The notes under the pieces are model-generated. The model saw only the letters and a list, made by a program, of their open reading frames with translations. It was not told where the DNA came from and made no database searches. Below are positions 39,801-52,236 of a stretch of 64,000 nucleotides of DNA, one piece after another (position 1 is the stretch's first letter; every line of letters starts with the position of its first letter). The stretch is from assembly GCA_051362555.1 (NCBI GenBank), contig CM120646.1, positions 22,940,001 through 23,004,000 of the forward strand. Direction: 5' to 3'. The position numbers and the translations under genes are program-made. This DNA comes from Lingula anatina (taxonomy: Eukaryota; Animalia; Brachiopoda).

Positions 39801-42800
39801 GTATAATATTGGTGACTGTTGTAGAAATTAATTTTGAAACAACACTGTGGGAGTGTATATATAACATTTGTGGATGTTTAGTGAAAAATTACTTTAAAAG
39901 TATCTATATCTGCCCACTGTTGCACTGTGCTATAATCAGCTGTTTTATGAAAGCTGTCCCCTGCTAAAATTTGTTTCATTTAACATCACATACGGTTCTC
40001 AATCTATTCAAGAACATTTGGTGTATTTTTATTACAGTACAGTTCTAATGTTGTTCTGTAGTGAATGTAACAGTTCAAGAACTGTTTTTGGGAAGTCCTT
40101 CAGAATGTCCTAGAATAGATTAAGAATATTTTTCATTAAGAGAGAAAAACATGTTCTAGGGCAGATTGAGCACCATAAGTGAGTGTTCAATGCGACAATT
40201 TTTTGCAGGGTTGATCTATGTGTCAGTGAGAGGGGCAGTGAGAGATGTGTGGCTGTCATCAAATGTTGTAGTGACAGAGTTATAAAAGCAAACACATGTC
40301 TGAACTGATCTGAGGCACTGCTGCTTGTCTGCTTATGACATTCATTTGTTTTCACTGATCTGATCAATATACAGTAACACTGTCTCAGTTGCACAATTTA
40401 TTCAGGAACATTTTGGCTGCAAAATTTTTTTCCCTGGATAATAATATATGAACAGAAAAATTATTAACAAATTCCTTTCACTCATGAAGATATAAGTACG
40501 TTGCTAAGCAGCATATGTAAACATAAAAACAACAGACATTTTCATATTTTCAGTTTGTCTTTATTCAAAACTAACCTGCATTATCAGCATGACATGCCAT
40601 TTCTGGTAAATTTTGAAAAGGCAAGTGACTCGGTATGAAAGTGACTTCATATTTTGATAAATTTTTTTCACAACTGTTTCAATGCAAGATATGAATAACT
40701 TTGACTTTAACTGGTACTTTCACGAAATAAACTATAAAATTATATCAAACTCACTTTAAGATTTTTTGTTTTAGCATTAAAACTACACATATAAATATAA
40801 AATTAAAAAATATATTTAAAAATACTGACTACAGAGATACTTTCAGTCAAATTGTATTTTTACTTACATCAGTGCAAAGACAGATGAGCATTTGACCAAA
40901 AATGCCACGAGTGGAGAAATGTAGATTAGATATCAAGCTCTTGGTGCATGTACGGTACACTAGTGCCAGTAATGATAGTATTTGTTTCCTCATAGATGAT
41001 CAGCATATTTATAACATGTTTAAGTGATTGCATTATTGCTAGTGTTGTTACATAACTTTGTTATATCCAAATAACTTTTAAGATTGAAATATATATATGA
41101 GTTGGAACATTGATAGATTTGCAGACAGTTAGGATTATCCTTACTGTATGTTTTTACCCAAATTAAATAGAAGTTTTACACACTAGCTAGAGTCTTAACC
41201 CTAGCTGCAGGATTAGTGGATATCATATACATGCCACATGATGTGGGTAGTGATCATACAACCAGACATAAAACATTAGATGTAACACACAACACCAGGA
41301 ATTAAGCAGGAACCAACTTCAGTTGCTACACTTTTCTGGTTTATGATCAGGGACAAGATCCCAAATTTTTGGCATCAACTGTAACTAAAGATATTCTAAT
41401 CAGATGTTTAGTCAAGACGTGAAGGAAATGCCTTATTTAGGAAGCTGATGAAGTGTATTACAAATACTTTTCTTGTTCTGAGATAACCCCCTGGGGAGCA
41501 CACCTGTATTTCAGGTCACCTGATTTCTAGGTGTCATCCAAGGTGAACAGACACAGGTGTACTAGTATACCTACAAGTGTGTGGGGTGGGGGTGGGGGTG
41601 GGGAATAGTATCCAGAGTGATTAAAATATATGCTGGTACCAAATGCCTTGTGGAGAAAATTAATAAAATTCAAAATTTTTTTAATTTCTTTTGGAATGAT
41701 TAAGTTTTTAGAAATTTTATGAGAATATATATCTGCTTTAGACAATTAGAACTGTAAGTCACAAAAATTTCAATTATTGTGTTTTTTTAAAATGCAGCTC
41801 TAGCAGATGTCTGTATGGTTTGTGTACAATATTTTTGATTTTGATTGCTATTTTTTTCATACATTTAATTACAATGTACTATAGATAGTATAGGCAGTGT
41901 TTGTATATTCCAGTGGAGCCCAGTGCAAACCCTGTCTTGACCACCCAGCAATTAAATGACCAGGGGTCAACAAAGTTCATGTGTTCTGGTCAGCTTGGAC
42001 GTCCAGCCAAGGGGATCACATGGTACCGGACTCTGAATGGTCAGCAACAAAATAGGACCTCAGAGGCTCAGTCAAGTGACCCTGTCCTGAATGGTGATGG
42101 TTGTACATATAATGGACAGAGTGAGCTAAGAGTAGATGTCTCGGCCTCTGATGATGGTGCACAGTTTACATGTATGATTGGACAGAAGTCAGCCAGTGTG
42201 TCACTTAGTAAGTAAAAATCAGCAGTAATTAATGAAGTATGTCTAGGAAAAGAATTGATCTTTGTTGATTCATCCCCCAATTTTGACTGTCTTCCAACAG
42301 GAAAAATTGGATACCCGTCAATGTAAACCTGAAAATCTGACCATCTTCCGGAAGACCCAGAAGACGGCCTAAATGCGCCTCTGAGTCATGCTAACATAGA
42401 TTTAGTGAAATGCATAAAATTTAAATTCTTGTTGGTTTACCATGATGCAGAAAGAAAATGCTAAGAAACGTCACTCCTGTCAGCATATCTCGCATTAAAT
42501 AAGTTCTGACATTTTGATTTTGTTAACATTATCCAGTTACTAGTGATTTGGCTATTGTAAATTATATCCTTGAACAAGGAGCTTACTGGTAGTTTTAGAC
42601 TGCATTCCCACAGATTTTAGATTGATCTATCCCCATAGCTCACTAGATTACTGTCAGCTTAGCCGGCTAAAATGTCTGTCCCGCCTACTAAAAGCTGTAA
42701 GGGGGTAATTAACTACCGTGCGTGCTCGGCTAACAGCACTTTAGCATGAACCCCAAGGGAGTTAGGTTGATCCAGATGGATCGATCCAGACTGTGGGAAT

Positions 42801-43597
42801 GCAGTCTTAGAGACCATTCTCAGACCCTATTGTACTAACTTTGGGTCGAACTATCTCCAAGGAGATTCTAGCTTAATTGCAATTAACTTAAGCGACTTAG
42901 ACGTCTGTCACACCAGCTGAAGCTGGAAGGGGTATAACAATCATTTAGCAGCTTTATCAGGCGTACCAGACATCTAAGTCACATAAGCTGAAAACAATTT
43001 AGTGAGAAACCCCATAGAGATGGACCGATCCTGTTAGATCAATCTCGGCATGGAAATCCAGTCTTAGTTTATACGTACCAGATAGCCCTGACCTGTATTT
43101 ATTTTTCTTATTAAAAAAAAAAAATCCTAATGATTGTTTAAGATGATAGTATATAGTTCTACCATAGCTTTTTAAAAATCAGCAAAGATTTGTGTCATGG
43201 TTTGAATCCAGATATGCCTCATTTTAGACAAAAATATGGTTTTCTGTGATACAATGACACTGCAATATTTCAGCTGCTGCCAGCAACCCTGAGATCACCT
43301 ATACCACCACAGGTGCCCTCCCCATCATAGACTCAGCAATGGGCAGTGTGGAGTTTGTCAAAGGTTCAGCCGTCACTCTCATTTGCTCAGCCACTGGTGA
43401 CCCTCAACCTAAATTCAAGTGGTTTTATCGTGAAGAGCTATCCAACACCAGAGAAGCACGAAGCGGAAATCGTGATAACTCGTCTGTTCTTAATCTTTAT
43501 TACATTCAGAAACCTGGATACTATGAATGTCAGGCCAGTAACATTTTGAACCAGTTGAACAATCTTCCAAGCAAGGTCCTGAGAATTACACTGTCCT
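36820..43597 (+). repeat. Inverted segmental duplication of the gene A upstream region and ectodomain (about 24860-19763)
   Basis: Reverse-complement similarity covers the upstream region (36820-37050 vs 24650-24860; 38470-38670 vs 24470-24660), exons, and introns 2-3 (e.g. 40110-40394 vs 23178-23483). It ends at the 3' edge of the Ig3 exon. Confidence 0.85.
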
Positions 43598-43617
43598 CCC
43601 CCGCCACATGGTGGTAA
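38668..43617 (+). CDS. Gene C: inverted paralogue encoding signal peptide plus three Ig domains with no TM (about 348 aa; secreted form or truncated copy)
   Basis: Exons 38668-38749, 39295-39621, 41914-42207 and 43274-43617 total 1047 nt in frame. The donor found after Ig3 in A and B is absent here (ctgtcctccccc), so translation reads on to SPATWW*. I saw no TM exon downstream on the plus strand. Confidence 0.8.
42597..43065. mobile_element. Abutting MITE family 1 and family 2 pair in gene C intron 3
   Basis: The two elements join at a shared TTA (about 42807) and are absent from the homologous intron of gene A. Confidence 0.6.
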
Positions 43618-44255
43618 CCAGAACTTTTGAAATTGTATGCACAGATTTTTCAAAATTCCCAGATACAGACTTAAGCAACAGATAAAGGGCAGATTAAAAT
43701 ATATGTGCCAAATATCATAGATTTATTTTCACCAGTTATAAAATCATTAAAGTTAAAATTATTCCCAAGATTTAGTTAAGTTCATGTATATTATTTCACC
43801 TAGAATCAAGGCTTTTTCGTGGGTCGGGGTACAGGCCGTCCAAATTAGAGGGGTTAAAAATTGAATGAAAAAAATATTTAAAAAAAAAAGAATAAATCAA
43901 GGGGGAAGGGGGGTTATAAATAATCCATAATGATCTCTGGCTGACCCTCTTTCACGAACAAACTCTCTAAAATAACAAGGCAGCAAAGCTGTCAAATGTA
44001 CAGACAAAAAGCAGGAAATAACAAAATAGGCTACTGTCAATTCTGATGTAAAAGTACATTATGTTAAACTGCAAATTCAACATCAAATTTTAATTATGCT
44101 CAACAGGTAATACCAATGTAAGTAAAATGTGTAACAAGCATAAGGCTTCAGGCCCATAGGAGTTCAAGTTCACACTTTGAAAATGTAAAACTTCCAGAAA
44201 AAGAAGTCAATTAGACTGCTTTTCCAACTCGAGCTACATTTAAGTCCTGTGTTTC

Positions 44256-45457
44256 TTTTTATGTACAGACACAGATGTGTCTGTACATATTGCCATCACC
44301 TGCGTCTGTCGTCGCCGTCGCCGATGGCGATGCCGATGCCGATGCCGTCGCCGTGCACTTTCCTTGTAAACACGATAAGTGGAAGGCAGTTTTACTTTTT
44401 GGCTTTATATTTACAGAGCTGATGAATATTCATAAAACGCAGGTCAAGTTCGAAAATCAGCATGATCGGGCCATTATTGTAGAAGTTATGCTGTTTTTTC
44501 ACTTTTCAGCATATATGCAACCTTGTAAACACATTTTAAGGAAAACCGTTAGGCCTGTTGTCATGACACTCACAGGAATAATCAATCTTACTAAAACGCA
44601 GGTCAAGTTCGAAAATCAGCATGATCAGGCCACTATTTTAGTAGTTATGCGGTTTTTTCATTGTTCAGCATATATGCAACACTGTAAACACAATATAAGA
44701 AAAACAGTAAGCCCAATTGTCATTAAACTCACAGGAATGGTCAGTCTTACTAGAACGCAGGTTGAGTTCGAAAATCAGCATAATCGGGGCATTATTTTAG
44801 AAGTTATGCTGTTTTTTCACATTTCCTCAGATTTCCTCAGATTAAATTCTTAGGCATGTTAATAGCCTTATTATTTAAGTAATAAGATACGTAAAAGTGT
44901 TTGTTTGACATTTCCTGCATCTTTACAACATTGTTAGTTGATTATGTAAAAATGATGGTAAACTTGTTATCGTGTATTGTGTAATAAAGTGTCAAAAATG
45001 GAAATAAACTCATATCATTGCAGTTTGTCAGATTCAATCATTCACTATGTTCAGAATCTCAGAATGGAAAAAATTGGACATTTAACACTGTTCTATTGAT
45101 ATTTTTCACATCTCATCAATTTTCTTAGTTGATCTTATAAAAATGGCAGTAACCTATTAATTTTGTTTTATGTTAAAAAAGTGTTAAAAATGGAAATAAA
45201 CCCGTTTCAGAACAGTGCAGTCTTGTTTACATTTTGGCATTTTGAAGGTGTGACTTTGAAGTTCCATCGGCCTAAAAACCTTTGTTAGTCACGTTTACTA
45301 TTTGTCCATGATACTAATATTTTATTATTAAAAATTGATGATCATTATGCTGTTAAACATTATGTAATATTGCATCAAAATTTGAAAAAAACCTATTTTG
45401 GGCACTGCTCCCATGATGACCATTTAAGAAAAACCATGTCACTTACTGTTCTCAAAC
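44256..45457 (+). mobile_element. Helentron-associated (HINE/pearl-CvA-like) element, copy T1
   Basis: T-run, then terminal hairpin TGTACAGACACAGATGTGTCTGTACA, a (GTC/GCC)n microsatellite and three ~159-bp core repeats (starting near 44365, 44523, 44683). Confidence 0.6.
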
Positions 45458-45470
45458 AGTACAGTTAATA

Positions 45471-48400
45471 TAGTCCAAGAAATTGGTGCAGAAAAAAGGG
45501 TGAATTGTGCGTTTTTTACCTACAAGCATGAAATTTGCCACAGTTGTAGATAATGGAATTCTAAGCTTTTTTGGATATATGGGCATGTCTGAAAATTCCA
45601 GTATGGCCGCCAAATCCAATATGGCCGCCACAAATACTCTTTTAAATTAAAACATCTAATATATAGTCCTAAAATGGTTTAGAATATCATTTTATAGCTG
45701 GAAAATATCATGCTATGAATGAATTATCAATATCCGCTTCTACAGGCGTATAGAATTCCAAAATGGCCTCCAAAAGTAAAATAAGCAGTTTACTTACGCA
45801 AAATATGCAGCAGTTTTGTAAAATCATCAAGTACTTACAATTACAAGCATAAAAATTGGCACAGTTATGTAGAACATGATTTTAAGCAACGTTGGATATA
45901 GGGGCATATCTGAAAATTCCAATATGGCAGCCAATTTCAATATTGCCCCCAAAATACCCTTTCAAGGTGAAAGTTATTTGTAAAGTCTTTTATAAAAATA
46001 TCAGTTAATGGTTAGAAAATACCATTGTATGTATGAAGTATCAGTATCTGCCACTTAAGGTTTTAAAATTCCAAAATGGCCTCCAAAAGTCAGCAGACCA
46101 CAACTATTGAATTGTAATCACTCGGGAATAGGCATGTGGGCTTTGCAAACTACCTGTATAATCAGCATATTCCTACCTGTGCAGGAGTTATTCTACAGAG
46201 TTTTTAAAAAACCATCAAGCATGATACATTTATTATGTACTGAAAAAAGTCCTTCTTTTGATAAACCAACATAAGTAGTTTGACTTTTTGCTCTGGATTC
46301 TCATTTAGATCAATTCCCAGTTAGCAATCTTCTTATATGGCACTCATGAGTGACTCCCCCTTTCTAAGAAAAAAAGTATCGTGCAAAATCCATAAAATGT
46401 GAAAGAAACACCAGAATAACTTAGCCTTAAAGAGGCAAATATAAAAAACTTGGGGTGCACCAATTTTGTCTGTTGGTTATGATTCTTCAGCTAGATCAGT
46501 GCATGGCGCTTCATCAAATGCTCATAAGTATAACAAAAATGACAGCTAATCAAACATACAGGTCTCAACAATTTGGTGTTTTTCATTGGTAAAGTTTAAA
46601 AAGCGGGGCACATTTGCACTCGATAATGTTATGATATTATCTTGTGCTTCAAAAGTAAATTAGAAAAGCTTCTTATTTAAAAAATTGGCTTTAGTACATT
46701 CGCAGTAATGGCTACCGAGAATTTAGTGAAAATTTATGAGCAAAGAAATACCTGTACCCCAAACAGAGGGCAGGTGTTGATACGTGCTGTATCCAAGAGT
46801 TGCATTGCAGACTTCACACTTCGTGCACTAAAAAAGAAGCACTGATCTATAGGCGCCAAACTTTGGTTTTCATTTGATCATTTGGCAACTTGTTTAGTTA
46901 CAAACTTATACTTTCAAAAAACTGAACATGAAAATAAAAGAATTAAAATCCTCCAGACAGTTAATACATACAAAACTTCAAAAAACGATGTATTCTGAGG
47001 ATTACACCAAGAAATTAGTGCAATATGGACTTTGAAAGGTAAAAATTCATGAGATTTCCGGCATCATTGTCTCTGTGGGACAATCCAGAATGAAGCCATG
47101 AGGAGTATTCACTTACCCAGCTTACAAAATCTACCAGGTAGCTCCTACCACATCTGTTTGTAGTTATGTGTGCAGTTGCTAACTGTGGTGAGGGGAGTCA
47201 GAAGCATTGGAAGACTGGAGCTATAAGGGTTCACACTAGTAACCTACATCTACTAATATGCCCTTCCACACTTTCATGTTCCTATGGACCCTCATGCATG
47301 TAAACTGAGTCAGAAGCATTGGAAGACTGATCTATAAGGGTTCACACTAGTAACCTACATCTACTACTATGCCCCACCACACTTTCATATTCCTATTGAC
47401 CCTCATGCATGTAAACTGATGCTTTCTGGTGTTAAAAACGACTAATGCCTCTTGGTATTTTGTTGGGGAAAGTGGATTACATGTAGAAGCTTTAGCTTTA
47501 AGGAAATACTGGGAAAGCTGAGGGAAACACAACTACTAGTAAAGCTAGGCACACATTAATGAATGAAAATTATTTAACCAAATAAGTAGAAATTTCGGTG
47601 TAGCTAGCTGTTATCCTCTGTTGAGATATTGTCCATTTACTAAAGTAAAAGGTTAACCGCCCATAAATGTGCAACACTTACTTGATAAAATAACTTTCGT
47701 TAATTTGAAACTTATTTGTGAAAATACCTTGACATTTTCATATCCTTGACATTTATAGAATTGCTGCATGTGGTGTCACAACTAGACCAAAAGGAGTCCT
47801 GTTCTATTTTTTATGGTCATTTGGGTCTAAATGTAACTAAAGGAGCGAAAAACCAAAAAAGAGTAAAGACTGTTGTCAGTCAGATTATATAGTAGTCTTT
47901 TTTTACTTTAAAAGGGTTTTAGTGGCCATATTAGAATATTCAGACATGTCCCTATATAACAAATTGCTTAGAATCCTGTTCTGTGCAATTGAGCCAATTT
48001 TCATGCTTGTAGTTTTAAGTGCATGATGAATTCACCATACTGCTGCTGTGAGTGGCCTGTTTTTCTTATTTTTGGAGGCCATTTTGGATTTCTATACACT
48101 TAAAGAATCAAATATTGATACTTCATGCATACCATAGTCTTGTCTAACCATAAAATGTTATCTTAAGTTATTATATGATTATATATACTTGAAGTTTTAA
48201 TTTGAACAGGCTATTGTGTCGGCTATATTGGATTTGGGGGCCATATATTGAAATTTTTAGACATGCTCATACATCCAAAAGTGCTTGGAATCCTGTTTTA
48301 CAACTGTACCAAATGCCATGCTTGTAGTTTTTGATGAATTAACCACTCTGCTGGATATCTTGGATTAGTAGAGTGCTTTTTACTATTGGCGGCCATTTTG

Positions 48401-48945
48401 GATTTAATACACCTAAAAAAAGCAAATATTGATTCTGAATTCATACCATGGTGTTTTTTAACCTTTGTATGATAATTACGCCCTTAAAAGACTATATACT
48501 TGAAGTTTTAATTAGAAGCCGTATTTTTGGAGGCCATCTTGGATTTGAAGGCCATTTTTAAATTTTCGGATATGCCCATACATCCAAACTTGCTCAGAAT
48601 TTCATTTTCCATAAACCTGCCAAATTTTATTTTCAAATGGATATCTTGAATAAATGGTCTGCTTTTTTTACTTTTGGCGGCCATTTTGGATTTAATACAC
48701 CTGAAGGATTCATACCATGGTGTTTTCTAACCTTTATATGATATTTTAAGTCATTAGAAGACTATGTACTTGAAGTTTTAATTTGAAAAGGTATTTTGGT
48801 GGCCATATTGGATTTGACGGCCATTTTGGAATTTTCAGACATGCCCATATATCCAAATTTGCTTAGAATTTTATTGTCCATAAGTGTGCCAAATTTCATG
48901 CTTGTAGGTAAAAAATGCACAATTTTTCACCAATTTCCTGGACTA
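45471..48945. mobile_element. Academ-like DNA transposon, degenerate/non-autonomous
   Basis: Termini TAGTCCAAGAAATTGGTG... / ...CACCAATTTCCTGGACTA with a 3-bp TSD (ATA) on both sides. Long subterminal inverted arrays contain repeated GGCGGCCATTTTGG-like motifs. No intact transposase. The family call rests on the TAG..CTA termini and short TSD. Confidence 0.7.
47197..47418. repeat. Two-copy ~110-bp tandem duplication inside the Academ-like element
   Basis: GAGTCAGAAGCATTGGAAGACTG...CTCATGCATGTAAACT occurs twice. Confidence 0.85.
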
Positions 48946-50578
48946 ATATGTACAGATGTGTCTGTACATATTGCCATCACCTGCGTCTGTCGTCGCCGTC
49001 GTTGCCGTCACTGTCGCTGTCGCCGGCGCCATGCACTTTCATTGTAAACACAATAAGTGGAAGGCAGTTTTACTTTTTGGCTGTATATTTACAGAGCTGA
49101 TGAATATTCATAAAATGCAAGTCAAGTTCGAAAATCGGCATGATCGGGCCACTATTTTAGTAGTTATGCTTTTTTTTCACTTTTCAGCATATATGCAACA
49201 CTGTAAACACAATATACGAAAAACAGATAGCCCAATTGTCATTAAACTCACAGGAGTGGTCATTCCTGCTAAAACGCAGGTTGAGTTCAAAAATCAGCAT
49301 AATCGGGCCATTATTTTAAAGAAATGCAGTTTTTTCACATTTCCTCAGATTTAATTCTTAGGCATGTAAACAGTTTCATTATTGAACTAATAAGATACGT
49401 AAAAGTGTTTGTTTGGCATTTCCTGCAATTTTACAACATTATTAGTTGATTATGTAAAAATGATGGTAAACTTGTTATCGTGTATTGTGTAATAAAGTTT
49501 CAAAAATGGAAATAAACTCATATCATTGCAGTTTGTCAGATTCAATCATTCACTATGTTCAGAATCTCAGACTGGGAGAGATTGGACATTTAACACTGCT
49601 CTGTTGATATTTTTCCCATCTCATCAATTTTCTTAGTTTATCATATAAAAACGGCAGAAAACTGATAATTTTGTTTTATGTTAAAAATTGTTAAAAATGG
49701 AAAAAAAAACATTTCAGAACAGTGCTGTCTCGTTTACATTTTGGCATTTTCAAGTTGTGACTTTGAAGTTCCATGGGCCTGAAGACCTTTGCTAGTCACA
49801 TTTTCTGAATATCCATAATACTAATATTTTATTATTAAAGTTGATGGTCATTATGCTGTTAAACATTATGTAATATTGCATCAAAATTTGAAAAAAAAAA
49901 AAAAAACTATTTTAGGCACTGCTCCCATGATGACCATTTAAGAAAAACCATGTCATTTACTGTTCTCAAACTTACAGGAAAGAAACATGGGACTAAAATA
50001 CAGCTTCGGTAGGAAATACAGTCTGTTTGGTAATTCTTGCTGCCAGTTAAACAGTTATTTTGTGAAAATTTAATTTTTCACATATTGGCATTTTCAAGGT
50101 GTGACTTTGAAGTTCCACGGGCTTGAAAACCCATGCTAGTCACATTTTCTGAAAATCCATGATACGTATATTTTATTATTAAAAATTGACGGTCATTATG
50201 CTGTTAACCATTATGTAATATGGCATCAGAATAGAAGAAAACACAATTTTGGGTGCTGCTGCCATGATGACCATTATGGGAAAACCATGTTACTTATGAT
50301 TGCCAAACTTTCAAAAAAGAAATACAGGACTAAAATGCAGCCTAAGTTGGAAAAGCAGTCTAATTGGCTTCTTTTTCTGGAAGTTATACATTTTCAAAGT
50401 GTAAACTTGTCACATATTTTAATTACATTGGTATTACCTGTTGAGGATAATTAAAATTTGATGTTGAATTTGCAGTTTAACATAATGTATTTTTGCATCA
50501 GAATTGACAGTAGCCTATTTTGTGCATAGTTATTTCCTGTTTTTTGTCTGTACATTTGACAGCTTTGCTGCCTTGTTT
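48946..50578 (+). mobile_element. Same HINE-like element, copy T2
   Basis: Colinear with 44262-45457, then continues with a ~347-bp internal repeat. Its distal part (about 50310-50578) is the reverse complement of 43975-44258. Confidence 0.6.
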
Positions 50579-50579
50579 A

Positions 50580-52078
50580 AAAGTTTGACAATCATAAGTA
50601 ATATGGTTTTCCCATGATGGTCATCATGGCAGCAATACCCAAAATTGTGTTTTCTTCTATTTTGATGCAATATTTCATAATGCTTAACAGCATAAAGACC
50701 ATCAGTTTTTAATAATAAAATATACGTATCGTGGATTTTCAGAAAATGTGACTAGCATGGGTCTTCAAGCCCAAGGTGCTTCTAAGTCACACCTTGAAAT
50801 TGCCAATATGTGAAAAATTAAATTTTCACAAAAAACTGATTAACTGCCAGAAAAATTTACCAAATAGACTGCACTGCCTAATGAAACTGTATTTTAGTCC
50901 CATGTTTCTTTCCTGTAAGTTTGAGAACAGTAAGTGACATAGTTTTCCTTAAATGGTCATCAAGGGAGCAGTGTCCAAAATAGGGGTTTCTTCAAATTTT
51001 GATGCAATATTACATAATGTTTAACAGGATAATAACCATCAATTTTTAATAATAAAATATTAGTATCATGGATATTCAGAAAATGTGACTAGCAAAGGTC
51101 TTCAGGCCCATGGAACTTCAAAGTCACAAATTGAAAATGCCAAAATGTAGACAAGACAGTACTGTCCTGAAATGGGTTTATTTCCATTTTTAACACTTTT
51201 TTAACATAAAACAAAATAAACATTTTACTGCCATTTTTATATGACCAACTAAGAAAATTGATGAGATGGGAAAAGTATCAATAGAACAGTGTTAAATGTC
51301 CAATTTCCTCCATTCTGAGATTCTGAACATAGTGGATGATTGAATCTGACAAACTGCAATGATATGAGTTTATTTCCATTTTTGACACTTTATTACACAA
51401 TACATGATAACAAGTTTACCATGTTTTTTACATAATCAACTAACAATGTTGTAAAGATGCAGGAAATATCAAACAAACACTTTAAGGCATCTTATTAGTT
51501 AAATAATGAGACTGTTAACATGCCTAATAATTGAATCTGAGGAAATGTGAAAAAAAAAGTAACTTCTAAAATAATGGCCCGATTATGCTGATTTTCGAAC
51601 TCAACCTGCATTTTAGTAAGATTGACCACTCCAGTGAGTATAATTACAATTGGCCAATCCGTTTTTCTTATATTGTGTTATCAGTGTTGCATTTATATTG
51701 AAAATAGTGAAAAAACAGCATAAATTCCCTAAAAATGGCCCAATCATGCTGATTTTCGAACTTGACCTGCGTATTATGAATATTCATCAGTTCTGTAAGT
51801 TTCAAGTCAAAAGGTAAAATGGTTTTCCACTTATCGTGTTATCGGTGCTGCATATATGCTAAAAAAAGTGAAAAAACAGCATAAATTCCCTAAAAGTGAC
51901 TCGATCATGCTGATTTTTGAACTTGACCTGCGTATTATGAATATTTATCAGTTCTGCAAGTTTCAAGTCAAAAGGTAAAATGGTTTTCCACTTATCGTGT
52001 TATCGGTAAAAGTGCACGGCGACGACAGACGCAGATGATGTCTATATGTACAGACACATCTGTGTCTGTACATAAAAA
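50580..52078 (-). mobile_element. Same HINE-like element, copy T3, inverted relative to T2
   Basis: Reverse complement of T2 (48946-50310), ending in ..GACGACAGACGCAGATGATG..TGTACAGACACATCTGTGTCTGTACATAAAAA. Confidence 0.6.
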
Positions 52079-52236
52079 ATTGAAAAATGGCAAATCAACA
52101 GGGGAAGACAAGGTAACCAACGAAATGATAAAATCAGGGAAGGATTATCTTATAGATGTAATTGTAAAATTGTTCAATATCATATACAAAAGTGCTAAGT
52201 ACCCATCAATATGGAACAAGGCATATATAGTCCCTA
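52077..52236 (+). mobile_element. 5' fragment of the same LINE ORF2, in the opposite orientation
   Basis: Encodes KLKNGKSTGEDKVTNEMIK..WNKAYIVP, the LINE RT-proximal motif that normally runs directly into IHKSGD..NYR (found at 56471 on the minus strand). Confidence 0.85.

Noticed and set aside
44275-44853. 192-aa ORF with internal repeats (and the 132-aa ORF at 48956-49354)
   Set aside because: It is the translation of a microsatellite plus ~159-bp tandem core repeats of a non-autonomous element; copies break the frame and no domain is recognisable.
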